From Camelus dromedarius (Eukaryota), in NCBI RefSeq assembly GCF_036321535.1, contig NC_087437.1, positions 83,144,001-83,208,000 on the forward strand: a stretch of DNA of 64,000 nt, in the 5' to 3' direction. The notes beneath the pieces were generated by a model. The model saw only the letters and a list, made by a program, of their open reading frames with translations. It ran no database searches and was not told where the DNA came from. Position numbers and translations under genes: made by a program. Shown here one piece after another: positions 62,941 through 64,000 of the stretch; position 1 is the first letter of the stretch; each line of letters starts with the position of its first letter.

Positions 62941-64000
62941 AACTATATAGATAGTCTCAAATTATATAAACTCAAACGGATGTGCTGTTTTATTGAGGAT
63001 TTTTTGCATTTAGTTCATCAGTGTTATTGACCTGTAATTCTTCATTTTATATGGTATCTTTGTCTGGTTTCAGTATTGGGGTAATTCTGGCCTACGGAAT
63101 GAGTTTGGAAGCATTTCTTCCCCTGCAATTTTTTTGAAATAGTTTGAGAAGAATAGATGTTAAGTCTTCTCTAAATGTTGGGTAGAATTCACCCAAGAAA
63201 CCTTCTGATCTGGACTCCTGTTGCTGGGAATTTTTAAATTACTGATTCAATTTCATTACTAGTTATTGCTCTATTCATATTTTTCATAGTTCAGTCCTGG
63301 TAGATTGTACATTTCTAGCTTTGTACATTTATTCTTGGTTGTCCATTTGATTGGTATATGATTGTTCATAGTGATTTCTTATGATTTCTATTTCTGTTGT
63401 GTTAATTTTAACTTTTCCCTTTTCATTTCTGATTTTATTGATTTTTGCTTTTTTTTCTTTATGACTCTGACTAAGCTTCATCATTTTTGTGTATTTTTTT
63501 CAGTGAACCAGGTCTTAATCTCACCGGTCATCTCCATTGTATTTTAGTCTCTATTTCATTTCTTTCTGCTCTGATCTTTATAATTTATTTCCTTCTACTC
63601 ACTTTGGACTTGTTCGTTCTTTTTCTAATTTCTCTAGGTGTAGGGTTAGGTTGTTTATTTGAGATTTTTCTTGCTTCCTGAGGTAGGTGTGTATGAATAT
63701 AAATGTTCCTCTAAGCTGCTTTTGCTGCATACCATAGATTTTTGGATCATTGTGTTTTAAATTTCGTTTATATCTAGATGTTTTTCATTTGTTCTTTAAT
63801 TTTTTTCAGTGACCCTTTGGGTTTTTAGTAGCATATTGTTTAGCCTTTTTTATTTGTGTTTTCTGCAGTTTTTTCATGTAGTTGCTTTGTCATCTCATTG
63901 CCTTGTGTGAGGAAAAGATGCTTGATATGATTCTAATTTTCTTAAATATACCAAGGCTATTTTTACTGCCTAGCATGTGATCTATCCAGGAAATGTTTCA

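Larger units (their letters stand above)
55995..64000 (-). mobile_element. older LINE-1 (55995-58865 and ~62985-64000) interrupted by a younger L1
   Basis: Antisense ORF2 breaks at ~58865 (TGTTGAATTTGATATG) and resumes colinearly at ~62990 (TTGAGGATTTTTTGCAT). Confidence 0.8.

Overview
Mammalian genomic DNA, almost certainly camelid: it carries two vic-1-type tRNA-derived SINEs and no CHR/Bov-A/PRE SINEs were seen. The window lies inside an OR5K olfactory receptor cluster and is mostly nested LINE-1 debris, with L2, HAL1-like and ERVL/LTR16 remnants. The only host gene is an OR5K3-like receptor (14127-15052, minus strand) broken by one 1-bp deletion, with candidate 5'UTR exons and an O/E-site promoter near 17.6-18.2 kb. 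The main element is a full-length 8,983-bp class I provirus (39567-48549, plus strand) inserted into an L1. It has a GTTT TSD, LTRs ~7% diverged, a tRNA-Thr PBS, HERV-E/ERV3-like gag-pol and an RDR/syncytin-1-type env with the SDGGG motif. Hand translation suggests two decayed accessory ORFs that the ORF track misses. One is a ~164-aa pre-gag ORF with C-x2-C-x29-H-x2-C, LxCxE and a basic patch. The other is a 58-codon ORF with two hydrophobic segments that overlaps the env start, in a vpu-like layout. A repeat-poor island (51.2-54.5 kb) holds a candidate Lhx2/Ebf OR enhancer and an orphan NRF1 CpG promoter. Shared private L1 variants and junctions point to two ancient local duplications. Repeat boundaries are approximate and subfamily names come from recalled consensus sequences, not a search.
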